DNA from: a virus
Length of the DNA: 64,000 nt
Virus record (IMG/VR): IMGVR_UViG_3300027759_000071
Span: 18,227-82,226 of that record
Strand: one strand, 5' to 3'
Shown: positions 9,057 to 22,800 of the stretch, one piece after another
Position numbering within the stretch: the stretch's first letter is position 1
Layout of the letters: every line of letters begins with the position of its first letter
Made by a program: the position numbers and the translations under genes
The notes under the pieces: model-generated
Seen by the model: the letters and a program-made list of their open reading frames with translations, nothing else
What the model was told of the DNA's origin: nothing
The model's database searches: none

Positions 9057-10135
9057 TGGAAAGAAAAGATACAAATAGGGCAAACCAATTATCAATAGAT
9101 AAACAATTCCAAAAAGGAGTTTCTCTTATTGATGTGGATGGTGCTATTGCAGAGTATATGGTTAATCATATTATTCCGGATTTAACGGAAAATGGTAACA
9201 CAGTAAAAGTTCCAATGATATATGGTAATGCTGAGAGATGGGAAGGTGCACGAAAGAATGGATATCTAAGAGACCAAAGAGGTAGAATACAAATACCTTT
9301 AGTAATGTTTAAAAGAAATTCAATACAAAGAGATGATTCGCATCCAATATTAAAGGATGTGTATAAAATGCCAGCATATAAAAAATATTCTACAACAAAT
9401 AGATATGATAGATTCACTACAATAAATGGAGCAACTCCTACATACGAAACATATGAGGTATCTATTCCATCTTATGTAACTGTAACTTACGAAGTAATGA
9501 TTTGGACATCATTTACAGAACATATGAATAAAATAGTTGAAGCATTTCAATACGCTACTGATAGATATTGGGGAAATGAGGAAGGATATAAATTTAGAAC
9601 TAAAATAGATTCATTTGAAAATCAGCAAGAAGTTGGTGAGGGAACTGAAAGAGTTATCCGCACAACGTTTACAATGGCTGTAAATGCATATCTTTTACCT
9701 GAAGTATTTGATAAGAAGCCAGTTGTTAAAAAAAGATTTACTCCAAAAAGAGTAATATTTGGAATTGAAACGGACTTAACTGGAAATTCATTTTCAAATG
9801 GTAGTGTTTATAATGAATATTCAAATGTGATTAATTTTATTGCTGTTAGAGGTTCTCAATTAGCAGAGTTTGTAAATTCAAATACTATAAAATTAACAAA
9901 TGTATCAATACCTATATTACCTAAAGAATTGATAGGTTCATTTGATACAACTAATTGGTTTAGAGTTTATTTAAATGGTAAATTTATATCACCATCTCTT
10001 TATACATACAACTATAATTCTTTTACAAACGAAATAGTATTTTCATTTGTTGAACCTTGTGAATGGACAAATGATTGTAGCGGATTTGAAGATATTGATG
10101 AGATTGCAATAACTGGTAAATTTGAGCAAATATGA
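9056..10135 (+). CDS. Tail terminator / sheath stabiliser (T4 gp15-like) with C-terminal extension
   Basis: VPMIYGNAERW...RD..G.IQIP, P.YVTVTYE..IWT...HMNKIVE, ERVIRTTF; gene order. Confidence 0.65.
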   Translation: MERKDTNRANQLSIDKQFQKGVSLIDVDGAIAEYMVNHIIPDLTENGNTVKVPMIYGNAERWEGARKNGYLRDQRGRIQIPLVMFKRNSIQRDDSHPILKDVYKMPAYKKYSTTNRYDRFTTINGATPTYETYEVSIPSYVTVTYEVMIWTSFTEHMNKIVEAFQYATDRYWGNEEGYKFRTKIDSFENQQEVGEGTERVIRTTFTMAVNAYLLPEVFDKKPVVKKRFTPKRVIFGIETDLTGNSFSNGSVYNEYSNVINFIAVRGSQLAEFVNSNTIKLTNVSIPILPKELIGSFDTTNWFRVYLNGKFISPSLYTYNYNSFTNEIVFSFVEPCEWTNDCSGFEDIDEIAITGKFEQI

Positions 10136-10485
10136 ATTTAGTAGGATTAAAAGAAATATTAAAAGAAATAAATGAGCCAAACGAATTTGTATTGGAGCCG
10201 TTAAATTTGGAACACCCTTTATATTGGGTATATTCAGTACCAAATGTAAGATTAAAAAAATTAAATCCAAATCTTAATGACTTAAGAAAATTTGAAGCTC
10301 AGTTTGATGTTTTTATAAATGGTTTATTTATAATACATGATGATTTTTTAATTGATAATAAAGCAAATCAGTTTGTTATAAATTTCATAAAAAGTAGATT
10401 TCCGGTATTAGACCGTTTTGGTAATCCGTATATACTTGATGAAACCGATATTGTAACAATTAAAGGTGATTTAGAAAATTTTTAA
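10132..10485 (+). CDS. Small structural protein (paralogous to the C-terminal domain of the terminator)
   Basis: ATGA overlap; FDVFINGLFI...DIVTIKGDL motif. Confidence 0.55.
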   Translation: MNLVGLKEILKEINEPNEFVLEPLNLEHPLYWVYSVPNVRLKKLNPNLNDLRKFEAQFDVFINGLFIIHDDFLIDNKANQFVINFIKSRFPVLDRFGNPYILDETDIVTIKGDLENF

Positions 10486-10486
10486 T

Positions 10487-10873
10487 ATGCCAAGACAAAA
10501 ACCAAATATCAACATAAATAATTCAAATCTACCTGGAGATAGAAATCAATTAAAGGATTTAATTTTACAAGCAATTACTGATACTTTTATATATTCATAT
10601 TATCCAAATGACATAGCGCTGGATGGAACAGGTAACCTGTTTACTTTATATTTATATAACAAATACCTGGTAATAGATGCTTTACAAGTAGACAACTATT
10701 CGGATTATGTAGATGTTTATTTATATGGTATTAAACAACCAAATGAAAGATATACTATAACAACAGACGGAACTGATATAACAATTGAATTTAATGTTAG
10801 TATCACTCTAGTACCAAATGAAGTTATAAAAACAGATTTTGAAATTAAAGGAAAAATAGTAGAAATAGTATAA
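10487..10873 (+). CDS. Small structural protein (same beta-domain family)
   Basis: VDVYLYGIKQ...DFEIKGKI motif; TAATG overlap with the next gene. Confidence 0.55.
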   Translation: MPRQKPNININNSNLPGDRNQLKDLILQAITDTFIYSYYPNDIALDGTGNLFTLYLYNKYLVIDALQVDNYSDYVDVYLYGIKQPNERYTITTDGTDITIEFNVSITLVPNEVIKTDFEIKGKIVEIV

Positions 10874-13800
10874 TGGCAAGATTAATACCTCGTAAACAGA
10901 TTGAAGAACAACAAAATATTAGCGCTTCGCTTAGTATTAGAGAAAACGTATTTGTTGGGCAAGATGCCATTATAAGTGGTTCTTTATTTGTATCTCAAAG
11001 TTTTTTCTTTGGAAACGATACTGGTTCTATAAATGAAATAACTGGTTCTGTATTTTTAACAGGTTCATTGGTAATTGATGGATTATTTCAAACAACAAAC
11101 CCATCTGCAATATTTTCAGTAACAGCATCTAATGCATTGGAATCATTTGATACTACCCGCTATGGTGGAGTTTTAGCTAGAGATTTTGGTGCTAACGTTC
11201 CTACTCTTTATGTATCATCTACTGATGGTGATGATACAAATGATGGTAGAACAATTCAATTCCCACTTCGTACAGTTAAAAGAGCAGCTCAATTAGCAAC
11301 TCCGGGATACGATGGTAGATATGGGTTGAGTAGTTCTTCATTATTTTCTGGATATGTAATAAGAGTTCAGGCAGGAACTTATTTAGAGGATAATCCTGTG
11401 ATATTACCAAAGAACGCTAGTATATGGGGTTCTGGACTTCGTATTACAAAAATAAATGCATTAAATAAAGGAGAAGACCTATTCTATGTAAACTCTGGAT
11501 GTTATGTAGCTGAGGTAACAATGGGTGGTTTGAGATTATTCCCAGACCAAATAAATCCTGTAAAAGGATTTGCTATTGCTTTCCAACCTGGTGCATTTAT
11601 TACAACATCACCATATATTCAGAACTGTTCTCAAATTTCAAACCAAGAGAATTCATTTACCGAACTTTACGAAGATATTCCACCAGGAGGTGGTGGTCTT
11701 TATGTTAATGGTGATGTGATTGATCCCGATTCTCCATTGGCTTCAATGGTATTGGATGCTTACACTCAAATTTCTCCAAACGGCGTAGGTTGTTTGGTAA
11801 ATGGTAGAGGTTTCATTCAGCTGGTATCTTTCTTTAATAACTTTTCATACTACGCAATTAGAGTAAACAATGGTGGACATGCTACATTAAACAACTCAAA
11901 CATTTCGTTTGGTTTGTATGGTATGTATGCATCCGGTTCTCGTCTTATTTCTGGAAGTGGTGGTAACATCGCAGCTAGAGATAGTGTAAGAGGAACTTGG
12001 AGTTGTGTTGTTGATGTTTTAAATAAAGGATTAGAAAACGGATTACCTACAATAACAAAATTAAATACGGCTGAAGGTATTCGTTTAACATCGCCAGCAT
12101 TATATACACAAAGTAGAGTATCTGCAGGTACTACATTATCAACTACCGCAGCAGATGAAATATCAGCAGATTATACGTTAATAAGTGAAATTGTTGATAA
12201 GGGTGTAACTAACTTTCCAACTCTATTAGCAAAAAGTTCTATAAAGGGATATGGATTTGATTCTCCATATAATATTTTAGGAGCAGAGCAAATAACATCA
12301 TCTATATCAGCATCGGTAGGAGATTTAACACAAATAAGTGCATCCTACGCAGCTATTTTAAGTATATTAGCAAATGGTACTGGTTCATTTAATTTTAAAT
12401 CTAATACAAGTGCTAGTAGACAAATTGGTACTGATGTAATTGAACAAATAGGAAATATTGCAACAAACTATACTGCATCGGTTAGCTCATCATTTGGTAC
12501 GGTAATTAATATTATTACAAAAGGTGTTTCTGTTAAACCAACTTATATAGCAAACACAAGCGCTAGTATAAAGGGTGGAAGTGTTGAACAAACAATGTTG
12601 GGTGTAACATCATCTTTAGCAACAATAAATTCGGTAAGTGCAAGTTTTAGTATTGTTTATAATATTTTAGCAAATGGTACTGGTAGTAATATTTTACAAA
12701 TACCGGCTAATCATCAAAAATCGTTTGTAATAACTAATAACAATAGTTCTTCATTTAATTTTGAAGGAATTGGTAGTAATCCTACATTAACTTTATTTAG
12801 AGGAGAAACTTACAAATTCAATATAGATGCTATCGAAGATTTTGGTGGTATTGAATATCCATTTTGGATTAGAACGGAGCAATTAGAAGGTATTACTGAA
12901 AAATATGATTATAATATTGGTATGGTAAATAATGGAGATAGTAGAGGTACAATAACCTTTACAGTACCATATAATGCACCAAATAGATTATATTATGTAT
13001 CTCAAAATAAAAGTTCAATGGGTGGTGTGATTGATATAGTAAACTCATCTACAACTCCATTCGACTTAATTAAAAATACATTAACATATCCAGCTACAAT
13101 ACAAAGTGGTTCGATAGCGAAAACAAACATTGATGTTGTAACAGCATACGAAATATTAGTAAATAACATAACATTTATTCAAGATGAGGTAATACAATAT
13201 GTATCATCATCTTGGAGTGGATTTTCATATCCAGAAGAAACTTGTAAAAGAGATGTTGCATATATTGTAAGTGGTTCGGCAAAAGACCTTTTATTTGGTG
13301 GAAATGAAGAAAGTATTAGAAATGGTTTATTTTATTACCAATACCCATCTCAGGCAACTACTACACAATTAGGACCTACACTAACTGCTATGAAACATGC
13401 AGCCGAAGTTTCATTAAATTTAATTAGAGGTAAAGTATATGTAGAACCAATAAATGATGTAGTTGATGTTTGGAGTACAATCAGAGATAATAAAACATTT
13501 GTACAAAATGAAGTTATAACTTATTTATCATCATCTTGGTCTAATTTTTATTATAACGAAGAAAAATGTAGACGTGATACTGGTTACATATTAGATGCGG
13601 TAGCAACTGATATAAAATATGGTGGTAATGAAAGAAGTATAACTGCTGGTGAGTATTATTATCAATATCCATCTTTAGCAATTGTAAGAGGTGATGGTGA
13701 TGGTGTTGGGCAATTAGGACAAACATCAGATGGTATTAGATATGCTAGTGGGTTAGTTGATAGTTTATTAAAACGAAAAACATTTACAGCACCATCAGCA

Positions 13801-16800
13801 TCAACTCTATCAGCATATAATAACTTAAAAAATAATAAAGAATTAATTCAAAACGAAACAATTCAATTTATCAATGTTGCGTTTCCAAATTTAAAATATA
13901 ATCAAGCAACTTGTAAAAGAGATGTTGGTTATATTATTGATAATGTAGCAACGGATTTACTATATGGTGGAATTGAAAGAGGTGTAACTGCTGGTAGATA
14001 TTATTATGATTATCCATCAATAGCAACAAAAACACAAAAAACATCAACTATTGCTGGTGTTAAGTATGCAAAAATAATTGGAGATACGATTGTTCAAAAT
14101 ATTATATTAGATACACCACGTATTGTTTATAATGATGAGAAGAATTTTAGAGCATCATCTTTAACAAACGTAACATCTTCATTTAGTGGTTCGGCAACTC
14201 AACAAACTTCTATTGGTAATACATTCTCAATTATAGAAGGAATTGTAGCAAGAGGATTGAGCTCAATTAAATCTTTGTTAGCACAAAATACTGGATTAAC
14301 TTGGAATAAATATAATCCAATAAGTGTAAGTAGTGGTTCTCAAATAACTTCATCTTATACAACACCAAACGAAGTAACTACAATTGGTAGAAATTTTGAT
14401 GTTGTAAATACTATTATTGGTGGTGGTTTAGTAGCAGAACCTTTATTCACATCATCGCATGCCGGATTAACTAAAGTAACTACTGGAACACAAACAACTG
14501 CATCATTTGCGGTAAGTGGTTCGGCAACTGCATCACTCTCATCATCATTCGCTTTAATTACTGGAATTATAACTGATGGAGTAAAATCATTTACACCAAC
14601 TACGGCAACGTATAACCCAGCAGATGGTAATTTTGTAATGACTATTCCAAGTCATACATTAAAAACATCTAATGGAATTTATTTAAAACCTGAATCATTT
14701 GTATTCACTTGTGATATGGATGGTAATAGAACAGAACATAAATTACCATCAGTAGGTCAACCGGCTCATACTAATAGATTAAAAATTCAATCGGTAACAA
14801 ATAATACTGTAACTGTAAATGTTGGTGCTTCTGGTCCTGATGTATATTTCAATCCTACTAACGCAACATATAATCCAGCAACTGGAGATTTTGTAATAAC
14901 GGTAGCAAGTCATAGTTTAAGTGTTGGTGAGGGTATAGTACTTTCTACTGGTTCATTCGCATTTACTTGTGATATGGATGGTAATCAATCTACTAAATCT
15001 TATCCTAGATTTGGTATTGACCCATATTCAGTTCGTTCAATTCCAATTACTGCTGTAACTGCAACTACAATGACAGTTAATGTTGGTGTATCGGCAGCTA
15101 ATAAATACTTTACACCTACATCGGCTAGTTATAACGCACTTACAGGCGATATGTCTGTAACCGTTGGACAGCACGGATTGGGAGTTGGTAGAAGTGTTAT
15201 TTTAGTAAGTTCATCAATAGCATTTACTTGTGACCAAGACAATAACGCAACAACACATTCTTATCCAAGAAGTGGTAGTGACCCATATGCTGGTAAATCA
15301 ATAGAGATAACATCAGTTGGGTTTACTGAACATACCGTAACTAATGCACCATATAATGCTGAAACTGGTGATGTTACTTTAACAATAGCATCTCACTCAT
15401 TTAGTAATGGAGATTATATTAAACTTTCAGACAACTCTTTAACTTACACTTGTATATTAGATGGTAATTTAGTTTCAAAATCGTATCCAAGAGTTGGTTA
15501 TGATTACCCAAGCGGAAGATGGTTAAGTATATCTGGGGTAACTACATCATCATTTGATATTAATATAGGAGCATCTTCATATACAAGCGCACATACATTT
15601 GTAACAGCAAGTATTAATGGATTACAAAGACAAAATGGTATCTTTACAATTAATGTAGGAGATGCAGGAAGTGCTTCTGGCTCTATACACACATTTGTAT
15701 CGGCATCAGCAAACGCTATACAACACTTACCACAATCAGTTCATACTTTTGTATCAGCATCCTCTGGGGCAGTTAAACACTTACCACAAGCAGCACATAC
15801 ATTTGTTAGAACAAATCAAAATTCGGTAAGTACTGTACCTGTGTTAGTACAAAATACTTATGGTTTAATTAAAGTTACTAATACGGTATTTACAGCAAGT
15901 TCTGCAGCAACAACTGCGGAAAGTGCAAGTATTAGTTCATCATTCGCTTTAGTTGAAAGAGTATTAAAAAATGGAACATCTATTATACCAGCATTAACAT
16001 CTTCGTTAAATGCAAATATAAAAGTAACAAATGCATCACAATATATTTCCGCATCTTATTCGGCAAGTGCAAGTGATGTAAACTTTATATCATCATCAAT
16101 ATCAATAGTAACAAAGATAATTGAAGGTGGTGAGTTTTCAGCACCGGCTTTCCAAACATATACAAATAGAATAACATCATCTAATAGTGTAGCAGCTTAT
16201 GAAATTCTTAAAAATAATATTGGATTTATTGTTTCGGAATCAATCGCATACTTAAGTTCGTCTTGGTCAACTGCATCTTACGATGAAGATAAATGCAGAC
16301 GTGATTTAGGATTTATACTTAGTGGTTCTGCAGAAGATTTAATATGGAACGCAAATTCAGCATCAATATTTAACGGATTATTCTATTGGGAATTCCCATC
16401 ACAAGCGCAAGGAGCACAGCTTCAACAAACATTAGATGGTATAAACTACGCATCACGTTTAGCACAAAAAGTAATATTAAATACTCCATTTGTTACGGCA
16501 TCTTCGGATATAACAAAAGCAAAAGTATTATTAAGAAACAACACTCAATTTATTAAAGATGAAACAATAGCATATTTATCATCTTCTTGGATTGGGCATG
16601 ATTATAACGAAACAACTTGTAAAAGAGATGTTGGTCATATATTAGATGCAGCAATTACTGATATGGTGTATGGTGGTAACGAAAGAAGTAGAATAGCATC
16701 ATATTATTACTTTACATATCCATCGGCAGCAACAGGTTCACAATTAATGCAAACTGTTGATGGTATTAACTATGCAAATAGATTAGCACAAAAGACAGTA

Positions 16801-19800
16801 TTAAATTCAACATTTATACAAGCTGAAAGCAATAAAGTAAATGCAAGTAATTTAATAAGATTGAATAGAGATTTGATTGCAAATGAAGTAGTTGAATATG
16901 TTAGTTCTTCTTGGAGTGATGCACCTTACGATGATATCAAATGTAGAAGGGATGTTAAGTATATTTTAGATGCGGTTAGAACTGACTTAGTATATGGTGG
17001 TAATGAACGAAGTAAATTTGCAGGAGAATACTATTATGAATATCCATCTAAAGCAATCGTAGCTGGTGTACCATCAGCAACTGCTCAATTAGATAGTACT
17101 ATAACTGGTATTGATTATGGTAGTGGGTTGGTACAAAATATAATTAAAAATAATATATTAAGTGTACCATCCGTAGCAATAACAAACGCTGCAGCTTTAG
17201 TAAGAAAAAATAGATTATTCTTACAACAAAATACTGTTGATTATGTAAATGATGTATATCCTAATTTAGATTATATTGAAAGTAAGTGTTATAGAGATAC
17301 TGGATTTATTGTAGATGCAGTAATTACTGATTTAGTATATGGTGGAAATGAAAGAAGTATAACTGCCGGAAGATTCTATTATTTGTATCCATCTCAAGCT
17401 ACTGGAGTTCAATCTGAAGAAACAATTGATTCCCTAAACTTCACAAAAGGTTTAGCAAAATTAGTAGCAATAGGTGGCAAATCAATAGAGGATGGTTTTG
17501 ATATTGTAGCAAACGTAATCGAAAGTGGAAGTAATTCAGCACCTTCAGTGGTATTAAATACTGCAGCGGGAATTAAAGCAACTACTGCTCAACAAATTAC
17601 ATCATCAATATCAGTAGCAACAAATGATAAATCTATTATATCATCTTCATTTGGTAACATACTTAATATCGTATCAAACGGAACTGGTTCAATTCCAACA
17701 ACAATTGTTAAAAATACAAATAAAGGTGTAAATGTTTTAGGTGGTACACAAATAACATCATCAACTGCTCCAAATACTTCAGAAAAGGTAAAAGTAACTA
17801 CTGGATTTGATACTGTAATTGATATTGTAGCAAATGGCACTGGTTCAATTCCAACTATTGTAACAAATGTAAATTCTTTAATTAAAAGAACTACTACAAA
17901 TAGTTATATAACAACAGCATCAATATCATCTACATATCTTACAGCTTCAAATAATAGTTTTGATATTGTTTTGGATATTGTTGAAAATGGTACTGGTTCT
18001 TTACCTACATTAGTAAAAAATACTGATTCATTAGTAAAGATAACAAATACAAATCAATTTACATCTTCTGTAATTATATCATCTTCATTAGCAAGAAATA
18101 TATCTGGAAGTTTTGATAAAATTATAAACATATTAGAAAATGGTACTGGTTCTTTACCTACTATTGTAACAAATGTAAATAATATTAAAGTAACCGATGC
18201 TACTCAATATTTCGGAGTAAATGCGGCAACACAAACTGAAGCTAACGCGATATCCGCATCTATTTCTATTGTAACAAATATAATAGCAAATGGTACGGGT
18301 TCTTTACCAACCGTAACTTTATATACATCATCAATATCATCTTCAAATGTATTAGCAGCTTATGCTATACTAAAAAGTAACTTAGATTTTATAGTATCGG
18401 AAAGTATTGCATATTTAAGTTCATCTTGGTCAACTGCATCTTATGATGAAAGTAAGTGTAGACGTGATTTGAAATTCATAATAAGTGGTTCAGCTGAAGA
18501 TTTAATATTCAATGCAAATTCAGCATCGGTATTCAATGGTGTGTTTTATTATCAGTTCCCATCACAAGCGCAAGGAGCACAATTAAATCAAACTTTAGAT
18601 GGTATTAAATACGCATCACGTTTAGCACAAAAATTAGTATTAAATACTTTATTTGTAACTCAATCGGCGCAAATTAAAGATGCATATACTCTTTTGGTTA
18701 ATAACAAAGAGTTTATTAAGGATGAAGTAATACCTTATATAAGTTCATCTTGGAGTACACATCAATACGTTGAATCAACTTGTAAGAGAGATATAGTACA
18801 TATTATAGATGCAGTTTCTACGGATTTATTATATGGTGGAAATGAGAGAAGTATAAATGCTGGAGTATTCTATTATAGATATCCATCTGAAGCAACTGGT
18901 TCACAAATACAGGAGACTGTAACAGGTATTGAATATGCTAGAAACCTTGCATTCAAAATTCTTAGAGGAAATACATTCGTAAAAGTATCACAAAATAAAT
19001 TACAAGCAAAAGAATTAATTTATAACAATAGAGCATTTATACAAAATGAAGTTATAAGTTATATTTCGGCAAGTTGGAGTACAGCATCTTATAACGAAAC
19101 AACTTGTAAGAGAGATGTAGGACATATCTTAGATGCGGTAACAACTGATATAGTTTATGGTGGTAATGAGAGAAGTGTAAATGCTGGAAAATTCTATTAT
19201 GAGTATCCATCACAAGCTACAACATCTCAATTAGGACCAACATTAAGTGGAATCAAATACGCTAAAGATTTAACCGATAGTGTGTTAAAGAATTCCACAT
19301 TTGCATCAGCATCTAATTCTAATGTTACTGCATACGAATTGATATTCAATAATAAGGCATTTATACAAAATGAAACTATTGCTTATCTATCTTCTTCTTG
19401 GAGTGCATTCTCTTATAACCAAACTACTTGTAAAAGAGATATTGGTTATATATTAGATGCGGTAGCAACTGATATTCTTTATGGTGGTAACGAAAGAGTA
19501 GCTAAAGCTGGTGAGTATTATTACTTATATCCTTCATCGGCATCAGTTGCTAACGATGGTGATACTGGTGGACAATTAAATCAAACTTTAGATGGTATAA
19601 AATACGCTAAAGGAATTACTGAAAAAATTGTAGCAAATTTATTATTACAATCACCAACAACATCTGAATTAACTGGATTTAATTTATTACTTGATAATAA
19701 GAAGTTCATACAAAGTGAATCAATTGCTTACCTATCTTCTTCTTGGAGTGGTGGTGATGGATTCTATTATAACGAAACAACTTGTAAGAGAGATATTGGG

Positions 19801-22800
19801 CATATTATAGATGCAGTTAGAACTGATTTAGTATATGGTGGAAATGAAAGAAGTTCAAAAGCTGGAGAATATTATTATCTATATCCATCAGCAGCAATCC
19901 TAACTGGTTCTGTTTCACCAACTGTAACAACACAAAAAGGACCTACACTTGATGGAATAAAATATGTAGCTGGTACTGCAGAAAATATAATAGCAAATAC
20001 ACAATTAATATCACCAAATGGATTTGCAACAGCATCTGTTAATTTATTAAGACAGAATAAATTATTTATACAAAACGAAACTGTACAATACATAGATGCT
20101 TTCTTCCCTAATTTAGTTTATTTAAGAGAAACATGTAGACGTGATGTTGGATATATTTTAGATGCAGTTATAACCGATACTTTCTATGGTGGAAATCAAA
20201 GAAGTGTTATAGCTGGACAATATTATTATTTATATCCATCATTAGCAACAAAAAGTACGCAAGTTATAGAAACTGTTGCTGGTGTTGATTATGCAAAAGC
20301 ATTAGCTAAAGCAATAGTTCAAAATATAAAATTAAATTCTCCAACACTAACTACAAATACTGATGGAAATATTAAGGTAACTAATACTACACAATATACA
20401 TCATCATTATCAGCATCAATAATTGAAGTAAATCAAATTAGTTCATCATTTGGGTTAGTAACTGGAATTATAACTGATGGAGTAAAATCATTTACACCAA
20501 CTACGGCAACATACAATCCAGCGAATGGAGAATTTGTAATTACTATACCAAGTCATACATTGACAAAGTATAATAGCATTTACATTAGACCTGAATCATT
20601 TGTATTCACTTGTGATATGGATGGTAATAGAACGGAACATAAGTTACCTTCAATTGGACAATACGCATATTCTAACAAATTACAAATACAATCAGTAACA
20701 ACTAATACGATAACTGTAAATGTTGGAGCATCAGGACCTAATGTAGAGTTCACACCTACTAACGCAACTTACAATCCAGCTACTGGAGATTTTGTAATGA
20801 CAGTAGGAACACATAGTTTAAGTATTGGTGAGGGAATTGTAATAACAACGGGTTCAATCGCATTTACTTGTGATATGGATAACAATCAATCGGTTAAATC
20901 ATATCCTAGATTTGGAATAGACCCATACGCTGGTCGTTCTATGGTGATAACTAACACTACACCAACTACATTGACGGTTAGTGTTGGCGCATCTGCGGCT
21001 AACAAATACTTTACACCATCTGCAGCTAATTATAACGCACTTACAGGCGATATGTCTGTAACTGTTGGACAGCATGGCTTGGGTGTTGGTAGAAGTGTTA
21101 TTTTAGCAACGGGTTCAATCGCATTTACTTGTGACCAAGATGGTAACACAACAACACATAGTTATCCTAGAGTTGGTAGTGACCCATATGTTGGAAAATC
21201 AATTGAGATAAAATCAGTTGGATTCACTCAACACACAGTAACTAATGCACCATATAACGCTGAAACTGGCGATGTTACTTTAACAATAGCATCTCACGGA
21301 TTTAGTAATGGAGATTATATTAAACTTTCCGATAACTCATTAACTTACAATTGTGTATTGGATGATAATGTAGTTTCAAAATCTTACCCTAGGGCTGGAT
21401 ATGATTATCCAAGCGGAAGATGGTTAAGTATATCTGGTGTAACTACAAATACGTTTAACATCAATATAGGTGCATCATCATATACAAACTCACATACATT
21501 TGTGACAGCAAGTATTAATGGAGTACAAAGACAGAATGGTATCTTCACAATCAATGTAGGGGATGCTGGGAGTGCTTCTGGTTCAATACATACATTTGTA
21601 TCAGCATCATCAAACGCTGTAAAATACCTGCCACAATCAGTTCATACGTTTGTATCAGCATCAGCTGGGGCAATTAAACATTTACCTCAAGCAACTCATA
21701 CATTTGTTAGAACTAATAAAAATTCAATAAGTACATTACCTGTATTAGTTGAAAATGGTAATGGTTTAATTAAAGTAACAAATACAACTCAATACTCATC
21801 ATCAATATCAGCAAGTAGAGCTGAATTAGATATTATCACATCATCATTTAAGCATGTAGCTGATATTATTGAAAATGGTGTTGCATTTGTACCGGATTCA
21901 TTGGCAAGAAACTATAATTACGGATTTGAATTATCTACACCAACTTTATTACATATAAGTTCTAAAGAGCAAACAATTGGTACGGGTTCATATAACTTAT
22001 CAACTCAAATTACAAACGTAAGTTCTTCTTATGGTACTGTTGTAAACGTTGTTAAAAACGGATTGAGTGTATTACCTACATTAGTAACAAATACATCATC
22101 ATCGTTAAAAGTAACAAACGCAAATCCTGTAAGACAAGCAACATCAGCATCATCTTTTGATACTAATAAGATTGCAAGTGGATTTGATTTGATATTAAGT
22201 GTAATTGAAAATGGAACATCGGTTCTACCAACAATTATATCAAATACATCAGCAAGTATTAAGGTAACTAACACACCACAATTAATAAGTGGAAGTGCGG
22301 CAGGAAGATTGCAGGGTAAATTAATATCATCATCTTTATCTTTGGTAATTGATGTGTTATTAAATAATGGTACAAGCTCAATTACATATAGACCATCCGC
22401 ATATCCAATAGCAAATACAAATGCAAAAATAAATTCAGCATATAATCTATTAGTAAGTAACTCTAAATTTATAGTTGATGAAACTATTGCTTATATGAGT
22501 TCATCTTGGAGTGGATTTGCATATACACAAAGTAAATGTGAAAGAGATTTGACAGGAATCCTTAGTGGTTCTGCATTTGACCTTTTATATGGTGGTAATT
22601 CAGCATCTTTGTTTAATGGTAAGTTCTATTTTGATTTCCCATCTCAAGCAACTGGTTCACAATTAGACCAAACTATAACTGCATTAAAGTACGCAAGTGG
22701 ATTAGCAGAAAAGGTTGTATTGAATACTGTATTTACACATATATCAGCATCACAATTGGTATCATCATCGGCATCTTACAATTCATTGAGAGAAAACAAA

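Noticed and set aside
14560-21781. 1.3-kb duplication as a DGR template/variable repeat pair
   Set aside because: Both copies are coding, too long, and differ at all base types rather than only adenines; no reverse transcriptase is present.
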